Source: Cyanidioschyzon merolae
Lineage: Eukaryota
Length of the DNA: 64,000 nt
Reading direction: 5' to 3' (one strand)
NCBI GenBank assembly: GCA_000091205.1
Contig: AP006493.2
Position 1 is the first letter of the stretch. The number at the start of each line of letters is the position of its first letter. This document shows, piece by piece, positions 21,755 through 32,338 of this stretch. The position numbers were made by a program, and so were the translations under genes. The notes below the pieces were generated by a model. The model was not told the origin of the DNA. It was given only the letters and a program-made list of their open reading frames with translations, and ran no database searches.

Positions 21755-24700
21755 GTGTCGCTACAGCTTCCTGTGTGTAGCCATGCTGTACGAACATATC
21801 TGCTCTGTCTACCATTCAGCGTGTGCATCATACGTGCAACAGTTTTTCTCATTGGTCCTGGGCAACGACGCAAGCAAAAGCAAAGCGTACTGCCTTCATG
21901 CATTAAGCGCGATACTCTGAGCCTCGTCGTTACGCAAGTACTAGCGTCGCGCAGGGACGCTCACGGTTTGACCCTCGCCACTGCCTTCGCGGACGCTGAG
22001 CGAATCGTCAGTTCGGAAGTGCTCGTCTGCTTGTTCGCGAGCTTGAGCGTTGCACACAAGTCACCGGCTTCGATGCCTGAGCCAGTGGACGATGCGCTCC
22101 GCAGGCGACTGCTACAGCCCGAAAGCCTGCGCGTTGAAGGTCTCTCGAGAACGCAGGACGCCCAACTGAGTGACTCGCTGAACGATGATGAAGAGATAGC
22201 AGTGCGCTTTACCGGGCAATCGGGCTCACCCCAGGCTCAGAGTGGAAATCTGAACCGAGCGTCTGCCCCTTTCTTAGGATACTTTGCTGAGGTGTCCTCA
22301 GCGACACCACGGCAGGCACAGCATGTGCAGTGGAAAGCAGCACGTCGTCGACTTGTTTGCATTTTGTTGGTTCTGGTCCCCGTTATCGTCATGATCGGCA
22401 TCGTTGCAAGCCTCCGTCAATACATAACCGAGCACGGTACGGAGAGTCTCGTTCGAAAGCGCCTATCGCACTGGGGTATTGCCGCAACTGTACCTCTTTA
22501 TAGCGAGAAGCGCTGGCGACGTGTATGGAATGCAACGCTCACTTACACAGGACAGCGAGGCTTCTTTGGCGTCTACATCGGAAGCGGTGCCTCCAACAGT
22601 ACCCTGAACAAAGTATGGCTTGAAGTACCGATCTCCGAACTCGAGCAGCCGTTCGTCATCGATAGTCTGATTACCCGCGGCGATGCTGAGGCATTCATGC
22701 TTCATGCTCCCTCTAACCGTGCACAAGAGAACTGGTTTGCCTTGCGTTTAGGGAAACCACGTCCATCATGGGCAGTTGATCTGTATCGACCCCAGCTCGG
22801 GGTGCGCATTCAGCATAACGACTCTGAGCTGGCTGCGTCCTATGCGGCAGGCACATGGACCGGATGGAGCAAGATCCTGCGGATCGTGGCGGTGACGTAC
22901 CAGGATGCGCTGTCCGTGAACAAAACAGCGTCGTTTGAAAATGTAACAGACGAAACGAAAAACCTTCGCTTGATCCTGGACGTCACTCCCTGGGTCAGTG
23001 ACGGATTCGCGGTGCTCTCGGAAGATGCACCCGCAAAGCTCACCGCGCAGACGAGCTCGCCCGCGAAAGCGCCCTGGTCTTATCGGGTCATTGCAGCGAA
23101 AGCGTATCCAGGTAATGTCGAGATCCGAGTGGAGGCTATGTTTCCACAGAAAGAGGCTGCCAGCGGCTGGAACCCTTCGGGTGTCTCTGCAGCAGAGATC
23201 TCCTTCCAGCTGGTGCGGCTCCCATCGGATTCGCTTCCACTCAGACTCGCAGACGAGCGAATCGGCTACTTTACGACGTCGTTTCTGTTGTTGGATCACG
23301 ACGAGGGAATCCACGAACGCATCGATGTCATCAATCGTCGACGCTTACCCACCGTATTCTATATCGATCCGACAGTTCCGAGTCGCTGGAGACTTTGTCT
23401 CAAACGTGGCGTGGAGAACTGGAACCTCGCCTTTGCTCAGGCCGGTTGGAATAAATCTGCGGCTAGGGTAGAGCCAGCGATTCGAGCCGTCCTCCCCGAG
23501 GACAGCGACTGGCCCTCGGACTACGATATCGGTGATATTCGTTTCAGCACCATCAGCTGGTCGCCTTCACTTAACAGTGTCTTCGCGCTAGGACCGAGCA
23601 ATATCGATCCACGTACTGGGGAAATTCTCAACTCGAATATTATCTTTACGCACGGATGGATTCGCAGTCTGATGCGACAATACACAAATCTGGTCGCTGC
23701 GCAGCAGCGCTTGACTGCACCGAACGACAGCAGTCGTCTCAGTGGACAACGTCGGAGTAGCGAAGCCTATCCCATGGCGAGCGTCTCCACCGTGCGCGAG
23801 TCGCCAGCGCTGCGTCGTGTTCAGCTCGTGGATGCTGCGCGCCTGGATACAGCAGCGTTTGCGATACTCGAGGTTATGGCACTGGTGTCGGATGTCGGCG
23901 ATGTACCCGAGAGATTCATCTGCGATGCGCTCATCGATACCACGATGCATGAGGTTGGTCATGCACTCGGCTTGCGGCATAACTTTAGGGCGAGCGCGAA
24001 CGTACGCTGGCAGGATCTGAGCGATCCCGAGTACGTTGAACGCAACGGGATCAGCTCATCGGTGATGGATTACCTTCCGATTTTGATTTTTGCCGATAGT
24101 CAGAAGCAAACGCGCTATTTTCAGCACGTTATTGGAGCATACGATATCTTGGCTATTCGATATGGATATGGAGGGAGCGAGCGCCCCACGCAGCTGTTGG
24201 AGCAGTTGCATTCCAGCAGTCTGTCACTGCGCCAAGCAGTCGACGAAGCATTGACGGAGCACCGTGTGGAGCTCGCACCGCTTGCCGAGCAGGCCGTGGA
24301 GGCAGGTCTCCATTTTGGTACCGACGAAGATGACCCCAGTCCGAATGGTGTGGATGTCTATGTTTCGCAGTGGGATCTCTCCGACGATCCGCTCGCGTAT
24401 CATGAAAACGTTCGACTGGTTGTTGGGCGAGCGCTGTCGAGTCTGCGCGCCCTTGTGCATGAGCGCGACCTTTCATGGAGCGATTACTCTGAACTTGTCC
24501 GGTACGCGCTCTTCTTTGGGAGTCGCAGTGCGCTCTATGCAACCAAGTTTCTCGGGAGCATTGAGCTACGTCGGGGTCACCCCGCGGATATTGCCCCAGG
24601 CAGAGCAGCTCGCACCGTCCAGGTGCCGCGCAAACCCGTCGATACGGAGACGATGCAGCGGGCACTTGGACTCTTGCGGCGCCTGCTGTCGCCACTGGAC

Positions 24701-25300
24701 CACGAGGCGATCCTGGGTGGTGGCTACCCAACGTGGGCTCTGGACCTTGTCGAGCCTGCTGGCAAGTGTGACGGTGTGGTTACTCACTGTCTGGGTACGA
24801 GACCGGTTTCGGCTCTGACGCTGCTGCAGCAGACGCGAAGTCAGGTACTCAGTTTGGCCCTGCATCCACAACGACTCGTCTGGTTGCAAGAGAACGCTTT
24901 ATGGGGGACAGCGTCTACGCTTCCACTGCATACATATCTGGAGTTATTGACGAACATGTTTTTCGATCCGAAGAATGTAGAAACGAGTCCAGAAAAATTC
25001 CCTCTGGTGCGGGACGCCCAAGTGGACTATGTGCTTGCGCTCCGAACCTCGTTTCTGAATATGAGCACGACGTCAAAGGGCCAAGGTGCAGTCTCCGCTG
25101 TTGCGTATGAGCTTCGTCGAATTCACTGTTTGGTGCGTAGAATGCTAGAGGCACCGGCGCCTGCTGCAGAAAACACCTCCAGCGACACGATGCATCGAGC
25201 GCACCTTCTCGGTCTCAGCGCACTTCTCGGTGACAAGTTTCCGCCGCTGGACTCACCCAGTCTGTACGGGATGCTCACTGTACCGTGTCCGACTAGTTGA
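21755..25300 (+). CDS. Membrane-anchored zinc metalloprotease of bacterial metzincin type (HEVGHALGLRHNF). It has one predicted TM helix (LVCILLVLVPVIVMIGIVASL); the true start may be the downstream Met (MPEPVDD...).
   Basis: The 1181-aa ORF has an extended zinc-binding motif TTMHEVGHALGLRHNF (HExxHxxGxxH) in a large C-terminal domain. This resembles bacterial DUF4953/DUF5117-type metzincins more than eukaryotic ADAM, MMP or astacin families. Confidence 0.75.
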   Translation: MSLQLPVCSHAVRTYLLCLPFSVCIIRATVFLIGPGQRRKQKQSVLPSCIKRDTLSLVVTQVLASRRDAHGLTLATAFADAERIVSSEVLVCLFASLSVAHKSPASMPEPVDDALRRRLLQPESLRVEGLSRTQDAQLSDSLNDDEEIAVRFTGQSGSPQAQSGNLNRASAPFLGYFAEVSSATPRQAQHVQWKAARRRLVCILLVLVPVIVMIGIVASLRQYITEHGTESLVRKRLSHWGIAATVPLYSEKRWRRVWNATLTYTGQRGFFGVYIGSGASNSTLNKVWLEVPISELEQPFVIDSLITRGDAEAFMLHAPSNRAQENWFALRLGKPRPSWAVDLYRPQLGVRIQHNDSELAASYAAGTWTGWSKILRIVAVTYQDALSVNKTASFENVTDETKNLRLILDVTPWVSDGFAVLSEDAPAKLTAQTSSPAKAPWSYRVIAAKAYPGNVEIRVEAMFPQKEAASGWNPSGVSAAEISFQLVRLPSDSLPLRLADERIGYFTTSFLLLDHDEGIHERIDVINRRRLPTVFYIDPTVPSRWRLCLKRGVENWNLAFAQAGWNKSAARVEPAIRAVLPEDSDWPSDYDIGDIRFSTISWSPSLNSVFALGPSNIDPRTGEILNSNIIFTHGWIRSLMRQYTNLVAAQQRLTAPNDSSRLSGQRRSSEAYPMASVSTVRESPALRRVQLVDAARLDTAAFAILEVMALVSDVGDVPERFICDALIDTTMHEVGHALGLRHNFRASANVRWQDLSDPEYVERNGISSSVMDYLPILIFADSQKQTRYFQHVIGAYDILAIRYGYGGSERPTQLLEQLHSSSLSLRQAVDEALTEHRVELAPLAEQAVEAGLHFGTDEDDPSPNGVDVYVSQWDLSDDPLAYHENVRLVVGRALSSLRALVHERDLSWSDYSELVRYALFFGSRSALYATKFLGSIELRRGHPADIAPGRAARTVQVPRKPVDTETMQRALGLLRRLLSPLDHEAILGGGYPTWALDLVEPAGKCDGVVTHCLGTRPVSALTLLQQTRSQVLSLALHPQRLVWLQENALWGTASTLPLHTYLELLTNMFFDPKNVETSPEKFPLVRDAQVDYVLALRTSFLNMSTTSKGQGAVSAVAYELRRIHCLVRRMLEAPAPAAENTSSDTMHRAHLLGLSALLGDKFPPLDSPSLYGMLTVPCPTS

Positions 25301-26410
25301 GGTCGCGTTCGCGGGTGCATACGAGAACATCCTGAAGTTGATGTCCGGGTGGAGTGTTCGCGATACCGTCGATGTCATAGATGTTATCGGGTTTGTGTCG
25401 ACGCCAAGCAAGTCCTGGACTTGTCAGCGTTACACGGTTTTAGGGGACGGGTGAAACAGTGGGCGCGGCACTGGTACTCTAGTTGCACAACTTGTTTGGA
25501 TCCGGGGAACGTGTCGCAAGAGGTTCACGTTGTGGGTGGTATCCTTCTGAACTCTAGCGATTGCCCGCCTGTGTGTACATCAAAAGTGCAGTACAGCAGC
25601 CTTGAGTGCCGGGGTCTCGAAGGGTCCGTCTACTCGTCAGCGCTTGCGTCTGTTCCACTGAAGCGGTCTGCTCTAGTTGATACAGCAGTCGCGTCAAGGC
25701 TCGTTCCCTCTAGCTCTGGTAGACCGCTGCTGTCTGCATAAGTATTTCGCTGGTGCCATGTGTCGCGTTTCGCAGTCTTCCTCTCCGACTCTACTGACAT
25801 GCACCTGTCGGCGGTGAGGCAGCGTCTTCTCAGCACCCGTTTGAATGGCTCCATATCAGATAAGCATACTGATTCCAGAGTGTTTTCCTCTACGATCACC
25901 AATGGACTTGTTCGGAGAAACCCTCATGGCGAATCTCGTCTTGGTACAATGCGCGCCGTACTTGCCACCGCTGTGACCTCCTAATAATCCGTGACGTTGA
26001 AGAAACACCCTAATGCGACCTCTCGGCGTCCTGAAGGTGTCTTCCAGTAGCTCGTGTGATGATTAGCGTCGCAGCGAATGCTCGAATGTCGAGTAGGCGC
26101 TGCGTTTTGACGTCACGTGGATGCCTCGTACCTTCACTAGCTCAAGCAGTGCAGACCGGTGAGCCGCTGGTGTGTTCGCTACCTTCTGGATGCCAAAGAC
26201 TAGGTTGCTGCGACAGTGAACTTCAAAGATGATGGTGAAAGCGACACGTTCAGGGGATCGTTGTCGCATTTGTGTGCGAGAGGAATCATTCGCAGCAGCT
26301 TTACAGCGAATCCGCTGGCAAGGAGACTGCACCCGTATATAGAAACGATTGGAACAGATTCGACGCACAGACTCGCGAAACTGGAATTTAAAAAGCAGGA
26401 TATTTTACTC

Positions 26411-26715
26411 TTGCTCTGATAAGACTGTAAATGGAACGGAATCCGCCGTCTACAGCAACGTGCGTAGCAACACAAGCTACCCATTATCACGTAGTTAGAA
26501 GATAAGCGGGATACGCTATTCTTGCACTGCTACGACCGTAAATGGAACGGAATCCGCCGTCTACAGCAACGTGCGTAGCAACACAAAAGCTACCCAGTGT
26601 CACGTAGTCACCAGATAAGCGGGATACGCTATTCTTGCACTGCTACGAGTGTAAATGGAACGGAATCCGCCGTCTACAGCAACGTACGTAGCAACACCAG
26701 CAACCCAGTATCATG
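26411..26715. repeat. Minisatellite with an approximately 112-bp unit in about 2.7 tandem copies
   Basis: The unit tgtaaatggaacggaatccgccgtctacagcaacgtgcgtagcaacacaa(a)gctaccca...cacgtag...agataagcgggatacgctattcttgcactgctacga is repeated head-to-tail. It sits between the convergent metalloprotease and enoyl-CoA hydratase genes. Confidence 0.85.
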
Positions 26716-26984
26716 GAGATAACAGCAACCATGCAAACGTACGCAACGGATCCCCCGAAACGCTTACATGAGTGCCAGGGTTGCGAGGCGTGGTTTTCCC
26801 AAACATTCATACGCGCAGCGGCCGGACACATGTACATCCAGCGCTCATCTGTGCAACTCGGGAACGCACACACATATCAACGACGTCACGACTGCAGAAC
26901 AAAAGCGGTACTGTCCGTGAACCAAAGGCAGCATCGGTCTCTGCGCCCGACGGATTCCTTGCCTGGTGGCGATGCCTGCTCCCA

Positions 26985-27938
26985 TCATGCGTTGGTCCAT
27001 TTCGGCTCGCGCTTGTCCAAGAAGGCCGTCATGCCCTCCTTCTGGTCCTGGGTTGCAAACGTCGACTGGAAGAGTGCGCGCTCATACAGGACTCCGCTCC
27101 TCAGTGGCATTTCATAAGCGGCATTGACCGCAGCTTTCGCCATTTGTACGATCGGCTGCGACAACGAGGCAATTTTTGTGGCGGTATCCAAGGCCGCCGT
27201 CAGGAGCTTGTCCTCGGGGTGCACAGCGGCAACGAGCCCCCAGGCTTCCGCCTCGCGCGATGATATACGTCTCCCTGAGAGAATCATCTCCATCGCTCTG
27301 GCCTTTCCTATAGCTCGCACAAGTCGTTGCGTGCCGCCCCAGCCAGGGATTGTGCCGATCTGCACTTCGGGAAGACCGAACTGAGCATCCTCCGCAGCAT
27401 ACACGATATCGCAAGCGAGTGCAAGTTCGCAGCCCCCGCCCAACGCATACCCGCGCACCGCCGCAATGGTCGGTGAGCGCAGCGCGAAGAACAAGTCCAT
27501 GAAGGAACCCGCGTCACGTCGGCGCGCTTGAGAAAAGCTCCTATTCGCCATCTCCTTGATATCCGCTCCGGCAGCGAAGGCCCGGTCAGTTCCCGTTAAC
27601 ACAATAGCGCCTATGGTTGAGTCACGATCGTACCGTTGAAGTGCGTCCAACAGCTCTGCCGTCGTCTCATCATTGAGCGCGTTCAAAGCCGCTGGTCGAT
27701 GAATCGCCACAAGGCCAACGTTACCCCGAACCTCTACCTGCAAGTTGCTGTAGTCACCGGGAGCGGCGGAGAAGCACCGGCACTGACGTGAAGCTCTCGC
27801 CGTACAACCCCCCACGACTGGACTGCTTGACAGCAGCAGCAGCCGCTGCAATAACAACCTGCTCTTGCCTGTGACGAAAGAGCGCATAGACCAAGGCTCC
27901 CAGCGCTGCACCCAGGTTCCTAGTGCACACCGTTCCAC
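26985..27938 (-). CDS. Enoyl-CoA hydratase (crotonase family), probably mitochondrial
   Basis: Crotonase motifs are present: AFAAGADIKEM, IAAVRGYALGGGCELALACDIVYAAEDAQFGLPEVQIGTIPGWGGTQRL. The N-terminus is Arg/Ser-rich and presequence-like. Confidence 0.9.
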   Translation of the reverse strand: MERCALGTWVQRWEPWSMRSFVTGKSRLLLQRLLLLSSSPVVGGCTARASRQCRCFSAAPGDYSNLQVEVRGNVGLVAIHRPAALNALNDETTAELLDALQRYDRDSTIGAIVLTGTDRAFAAGADIKEMANRSFSQARRRDAGSFMDLFFALRSPTIAAVRGYALGGGCELALACDIVYAAEDAQFGLPEVQIGTIPGWGGTQRLVRAIGKARAMEMILSGRRISSREAEAWGLVAAVHPEDKLLTAALDTATKIASLSQPIVQMAKAAVNAAYEMPLRSGVLYERALFQSTFATQDQKEGMTAFLDKREPKWTNA

Positions 27939-28242
27939 CAGACGTCGTGCACAGGGCTAGTCGCGTACCCTGCGCACTCGGGAGCGGAAGCCTCGGAACG
28001 GAATGGTATGGAGTAGGCTGGAATGGGCTCGGCATTCCGCTGGATCGCGTTATCGATGCGACACCTCGACACAATCCGCTCTGCCTCGAGTACCGCAAGG
28101 AGACACAGTTGCGTTGGCATAACACGGGTATAGCGTCTTTTGGGGACGCTCAGGCGATGGACAGCTCCGAGGCACCAGTAGAGGGCGTTGAACTGGGTTT
28201 TCTGGAGTCGTCGCTGGGTAGGAGTTTGGAGTGTGGCGCTAG

Positions 28243-29280
28243 ATGAACGCTGGCACATTCGCTGACGAGCTAAGCGCTCTGGAGCTGGTCTACGGAAGCG
28301 AGTCGGTGGAGTTCTCCGCAGAAACGAGGACGTTGCGGGTGCACTTGCCGAGCAGCTCGAGTCCTTTTGGGTTAACGCTTACTTGTCACGTGCCAGATGG
28401 ATATCCTGAAAAGGTTTCTCTCTCCTGTTCTGACTTGCGTCTAACAGCAGACTGGCTCCCAGCACCCAAACTGGAGTCGATGTTGCGATCCGTGTGCGCA
28501 GACCTTGACCTTCATGGTAGTCGTAGAGCAGATGCACTTGAACAGCAAGCTGGGGTCATCTGTTCGATAGCCTCTGTGCTCTATGAATCGCGTCAAAGCG
28601 TGCTTCACGATGAGCAGTTGCAGTGTACTCAGCACTGGGACACCAGCACCCAGGGCGTCGTTTCGGATCCGGGGTATACGGAAAGCGCACCACTTGACAG
28701 GCCACAGTCGGAGTCGCCGGAGCGGAACAAGCCTGAAAACAGGCAGAAAAGGACATCAAGCAACGTCCCAGCGTCCGAGTTGGTCACTGGAATAACCGCT
28801 TCCATACCTGATTCGCAGCGTGCAACCGCCTGTGAGCAGGACGTTACATCTCCGGGCCCGAGCGAGGTCGTACGACTTGTGTCGTCGGAACCAATCACGG
28901 AACGCAAGTCGACATTTCAGGGCCACGCCGCTCGGATCATGTCGAGCTCCGCTGCAGTGCTGTGTCTACAATCGCTGCGACAGCACCGCAAAGGCCGACA
29001 AGCAACGCACCTGAGCTGGGCATTTCGGATCATGGGCGACGACCAGCACATTCACGAAGACTACTGCGACGATGGTGAGCAGCGAGCCGGCCGGGTCGTT
29101 TTGGAGCTGTTGCGGAGTATGAACCAGCATAATATCTTTATCTGCGTCTGTCGCTGGTTTGGCGGGGTTTTGCTCCACGAGCGGCGCTTCCACTGCATTC
29201 AGTTGGCAGCGAAACGAGCAGCGTTGGCGTTGCTAGAAACAGAGAGAGCAGCACCATCTCTAGTAGCGAGCCGGCAGTGA
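28243..29280 (+). CDS. IMPACT: IMPACT/Yih1 family protein (RWD domain plus Impact_N/UPF0029 domain)
   Basis: The C-terminal KSTFQGHAARIM...ATHLSWAFRI...DDGEQRAGRVVLELLRSMNQHNIFICVCRWFGGVLLHERRFHCIQLAAKRA is colinear with the IMPACT C-domain (DRKSKFQAH...SRWYGGILLGPDRFKHI). The N-terminus is RWD-like. Confidence 0.85.
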   Translation: MNAGTFADELSALELVYGSESVEFSAETRTLRVHLPSSSSPFGLTLTCHVPDGYPEKVSLSCSDLRLTADWLPAPKLESMLRSVCADLDLHGSRRADALEQQAGVICSIASVLYESRQSVLHDEQLQCTQHWDTSTQGVVSDPGYTESAPLDRPQSESPERNKPENRQKRTSSNVPASELVTGITASIPDSQRATACEQDVTSPGPSEVVRLVSSEPITERKSTFQGHAARIMSSSAAVLCLQSLRQHRKGRQATHLSWAFRIMGDDQHIHEDYCDDGEQRAGRVVLELLRSMNQHNIFICVCRWFGGVLLHERRFHCIQLAAKRAALALLETERAAPSLVASRQ

Positions 29281-31054
29281 TTCAGAAAGCTGAGCACTGC
29301 TGCACAGCGTGGATGAGGAAATCCTCGTGTACCTGGATGCTTAGTATCGAGCTCCAGAGGCGCAATGAATCCAACGAGTGCGATGGATTCTGCCCCTAGC
29401 GGCTGCTGTCTGGGCTTCGCCTGGGTAGAACTGCGAGCAACTGGCAGCCTACAGGTGTACTTGGATGCATGCGAAGAACCCGTTGAAAGGTTTACTCGCT
29501 GCTCGGCACGCCGAGGATCAAGCACGGTCGACAAATAGAAGGATCATTTCACGCATCGTACCGCAACCCGAACAAGCGTTGCCACCCTCGACTAGTCCGG
29601 ATCACAGAAGGAAGCACTCCAAGATGTCAACGTCGGGCCGCGTCAACAAGGTCCACATCGAGCGGGACCATACCTTCAGGTGTCTGCAGTCTCTCCCAGT
29701 AATCAACGCGGTGCCCGCAGCTGCTCCACATACAGGTCTATAAAGTTGCGCGCACCACTGCATAAGACGTATTGCCTCGACGAGTTGATGGATGCGATCC
29801 AAACAGGGCCCGCTTTCGGGGCGATAACCTCGCGCTGAACGCGGTTCAGGGCAAGATGCACTGTATGCTGGCCGAAGACGCAACCTCCAAGCGTCAGTGA
29901 AGGGATCGCTAGCGAACGGCCCCCGTGCGTCAGGGCCTCGGCGTCGTCCGTACGATCCTTGGTATGAACGGGGTATGCGTCCGTCGAATCCCGCTGTTTC
30001 GCAAGGGGAAACACAGTGCAGCGGCGCCCTAGCCAAGCGAATATCGCGCTGTCGGCGCTAACCGCTACAGATTACCGCCGCGGTTTCAGCGGCAGAAAGA
30101 AAACGGCCAGTTCCATCACAGAAGCTCCCAAGCGCTCACGCACACATCTGCAGGTTGCATGAGAAACTTGTCCTGCTTGTTCATGTGTTGCTCATCGAGT
30201 GACCGATCCTCGTTTCTACTCACCTGAGCCACAGATGGCGCCGGTTCACTTCCAAGGAACGAGGTTTCAGGATTCAAAGTTTCTCGATTCGAAAATGAAT
30301 ACTTGCTGATCGCGTTGGAAGCTAATGTCGCTTAAGAAGAACAAGGGATCAAGCACCGGGCGTACCCGCAGCCCAGGGCAAAAGAATTCCGGCGGCCAGC
30401 ACTCTGCGAGTCGTAGCCGGAATCCGTCCTCTACTCGAAGCTGGTGTATGATCAAGACCCTAAGAGAGCACCTCGACTTGCTCCAAAACGACCAACGCCA
30501 CTGGGCGGATCGTAGGCCGCAGACGGCTAAGCGGTCTGCAACACGTCGCTGCTCTCTGTGCAGAGGCACCTGGGCTATGTTGCGGCGTTCCAGAACCCTT
30601 TCAACATTCTAAGACCCGGTGACGGCGTTTGATACGCTGATAAGAAACCACTTTGCACGGTTTTAATCACAGTCCTACACAGAATCTTATGCAAATCTAG
30701 GTGGATCTAGGCTACAAGTTCGCCATGGGACGTGTTCGGTACAGTAGCCGAGCAGCAGTGCAGCGCCCGTATCGCTCCATGATCATTATCGCTTGGCTGC
30801 GTTGCGAAGCGCTGGGCGGGTTTGCTAGACCCTCGAGTGCCCGGATTTCCACGGGTTTCCACCATCGCTTGGAATCTTATATTCATAACTGCGCTAACTC
30901 GATGAATACTAAGGCGAGGAAGGTTCAAGGGAACCGTCATCCAAGGAACACTGGTGAATTCGTCTTCTCAGGAGGGCGTGGCGTTGACGAGCGTTTCTGT
31001 AGACGCGCGTTTGCCGAGCCTTGTGCCACAGAGGTGGTTCCAAGCTCACCTAGT

Positions 31055-32338
31055 ATGCTCGCTTGGACGGCGTCGCCTTCGCCTTTTCGCCGATGCACGT
31101 TGAATGCTGCTTCCATATCGCCTCGGAGAAGCGCTTTCGCGAGGTGCCCGCTCAGACCCCTCGGTCGAAAGGCGTTGCGAGCGCGCTTGCACGCGAGCTT
31201 AGAGCCACCGCGAGACACTGCAGCCACCAGTTCCCATGAATTCACACATCACGTGACTGAGAAGGCCAAAGATTGGAGCGGCTCTGGAACTTGGCTGCAA
31301 AGCTACATCGAGCAGGGTCCGCTGGCGGCGGCGATTCCCCCGCAGTATGCGCCAAGTCGCTCGCTCTCGCGCTGGCAGGCATGGGGCTCGTACCTATTTA
31401 AAGAACTCGGCTTGGACGGGACCCTTGAGCGCGATCAAAATCGCATTTTTCGTTTCTATTTACCTGTTTTTGCCTGGTCCCTACATGTTGTCAACCGACT
31501 GCAACGAGACGAGAGACGGAAGCAGCACGGCGTCATTATCGGACTGCAATGCCCTCAAGGAGGCGGAAAGACCACACTGACAGCTGCACTCCAGAAATTA
31601 TTCGATCTCGAGCAACGTCGGTGTGTATCTCTCAGCATCGATGATTTTTATCTAACTCGTCGCGAGCAGGAGGCACTAGCCAGAGCGTTTCCCGAGAATC
31701 CGCTGCTGGGCTCAAGAGGCAACCCGGGGACGCACGATATCTCGCTTGCGCTGCAGGTTTTGAACGAGGTGGTAGCTGCACCGTATCCAGGGGAACATGC
31801 AGAGGTTGCGGTGCCGCGTTACGACAAGTCCGCCTTTCAAGGACTGGGCGATCGTGCTCCGCCAGAGCAGTGGCCCCTTGTGAGCCGGCCTGTTGATGTC
31901 GTCTTCCTGGAGGGCTGGTGCCTCGGATTCCGACCGCTGGCGCTACACGAGCGACCTGCTACAATGGACCCGATTACCTTGCGTCATTTGATGCAAGTCG
32001 ATCGATTCCTCGCGGAAGACTTTAGTCGGCTCTACCCGCTCTTGGATGCATTTATTGTCATTGCATTGGATGGTCCGAAATTAAGTGAATCCTTACGGAT
32101 TGTGTACCAGTGGCGCCTCGAGGCTGAACAGCAGATGCGGGCTGCAGGGCGACCAGCCATGACCGATGAGCAGGTCTACGCGTTTGTCGATAAGTTTATG
32201 CCAGCGTACAAGGCGTATTTAGGTGATTTGTATGGCGGCCCGCCTCTTACTGGAAACTTGTCGCGGGAATTGCGCGTTGGTATCGATGAAACCCGCTCGC
32301 CAACTCGACTGAACCCGCACTCGGAGCTCGTTCCTTGA
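31055..32338 (+). CDS. GLYK: D-glycerate 3-kinase (plant/algal GLYK type), with a predicted plastid transit peptide. The open frame begins at 30701.
   Basis: GLQCPQGGGKTTL (P-loop)...SLSIDDFYLTRREQEALARAFPENPLLGSRGNPGTHDISLALQVL...VPRYDKSAFQGLGDRAP...VVFLEGWCLGFRP is colinear with plant GLYK. The Met at 31055 is followed by a Ser/Arg/Ala/Pro-rich stretch (MLAWTASPSPFRRCTLNAASISPRRSAFARCPLRPLGRKALRARL). Confidence 0.8.
   Translation: MLAWTASPSPFRRCTLNAASISPRRSAFARCPLRPLGRKALRARLHASLEPPRDTAATSSHEFTHHVTEKAKDWSGSGTWLQSYIEQGPLAAAIPPQYAPSRSLSRWQAWGSYLFKELGLDGTLERDQNRIFRFYLPVFAWSLHVVNRLQRDERRKQHGVIIGLQCPQGGGKTTLTAALQKLFDLEQRRCVSLSIDDFYLTRREQEALARAFPENPLLGSRGNPGTHDISLALQVLNEVVAAPYPGEHAEVAVPRYDKSAFQGLGDRAPPEQWPLVSRPVDVVFLEGWCLGFRPLALHERPATMDPITLRHLMQVDRFLAEDFSRLYPLLDAFIVIALDGPKLSESLRIVYQWRLEAEQQMRAAGRPAMTDEQVYAFVDKFMPAYKAYLGDLYGGPPLTGNLSRELRVGIDETRSPTRLNPHSELVP

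Noticed and set aside
24153-24731. A 192-aa minus-strand ORF
   Set aside because: It is antisense to the metalloprotease gene and has Arg/Ala-rich junk composition.
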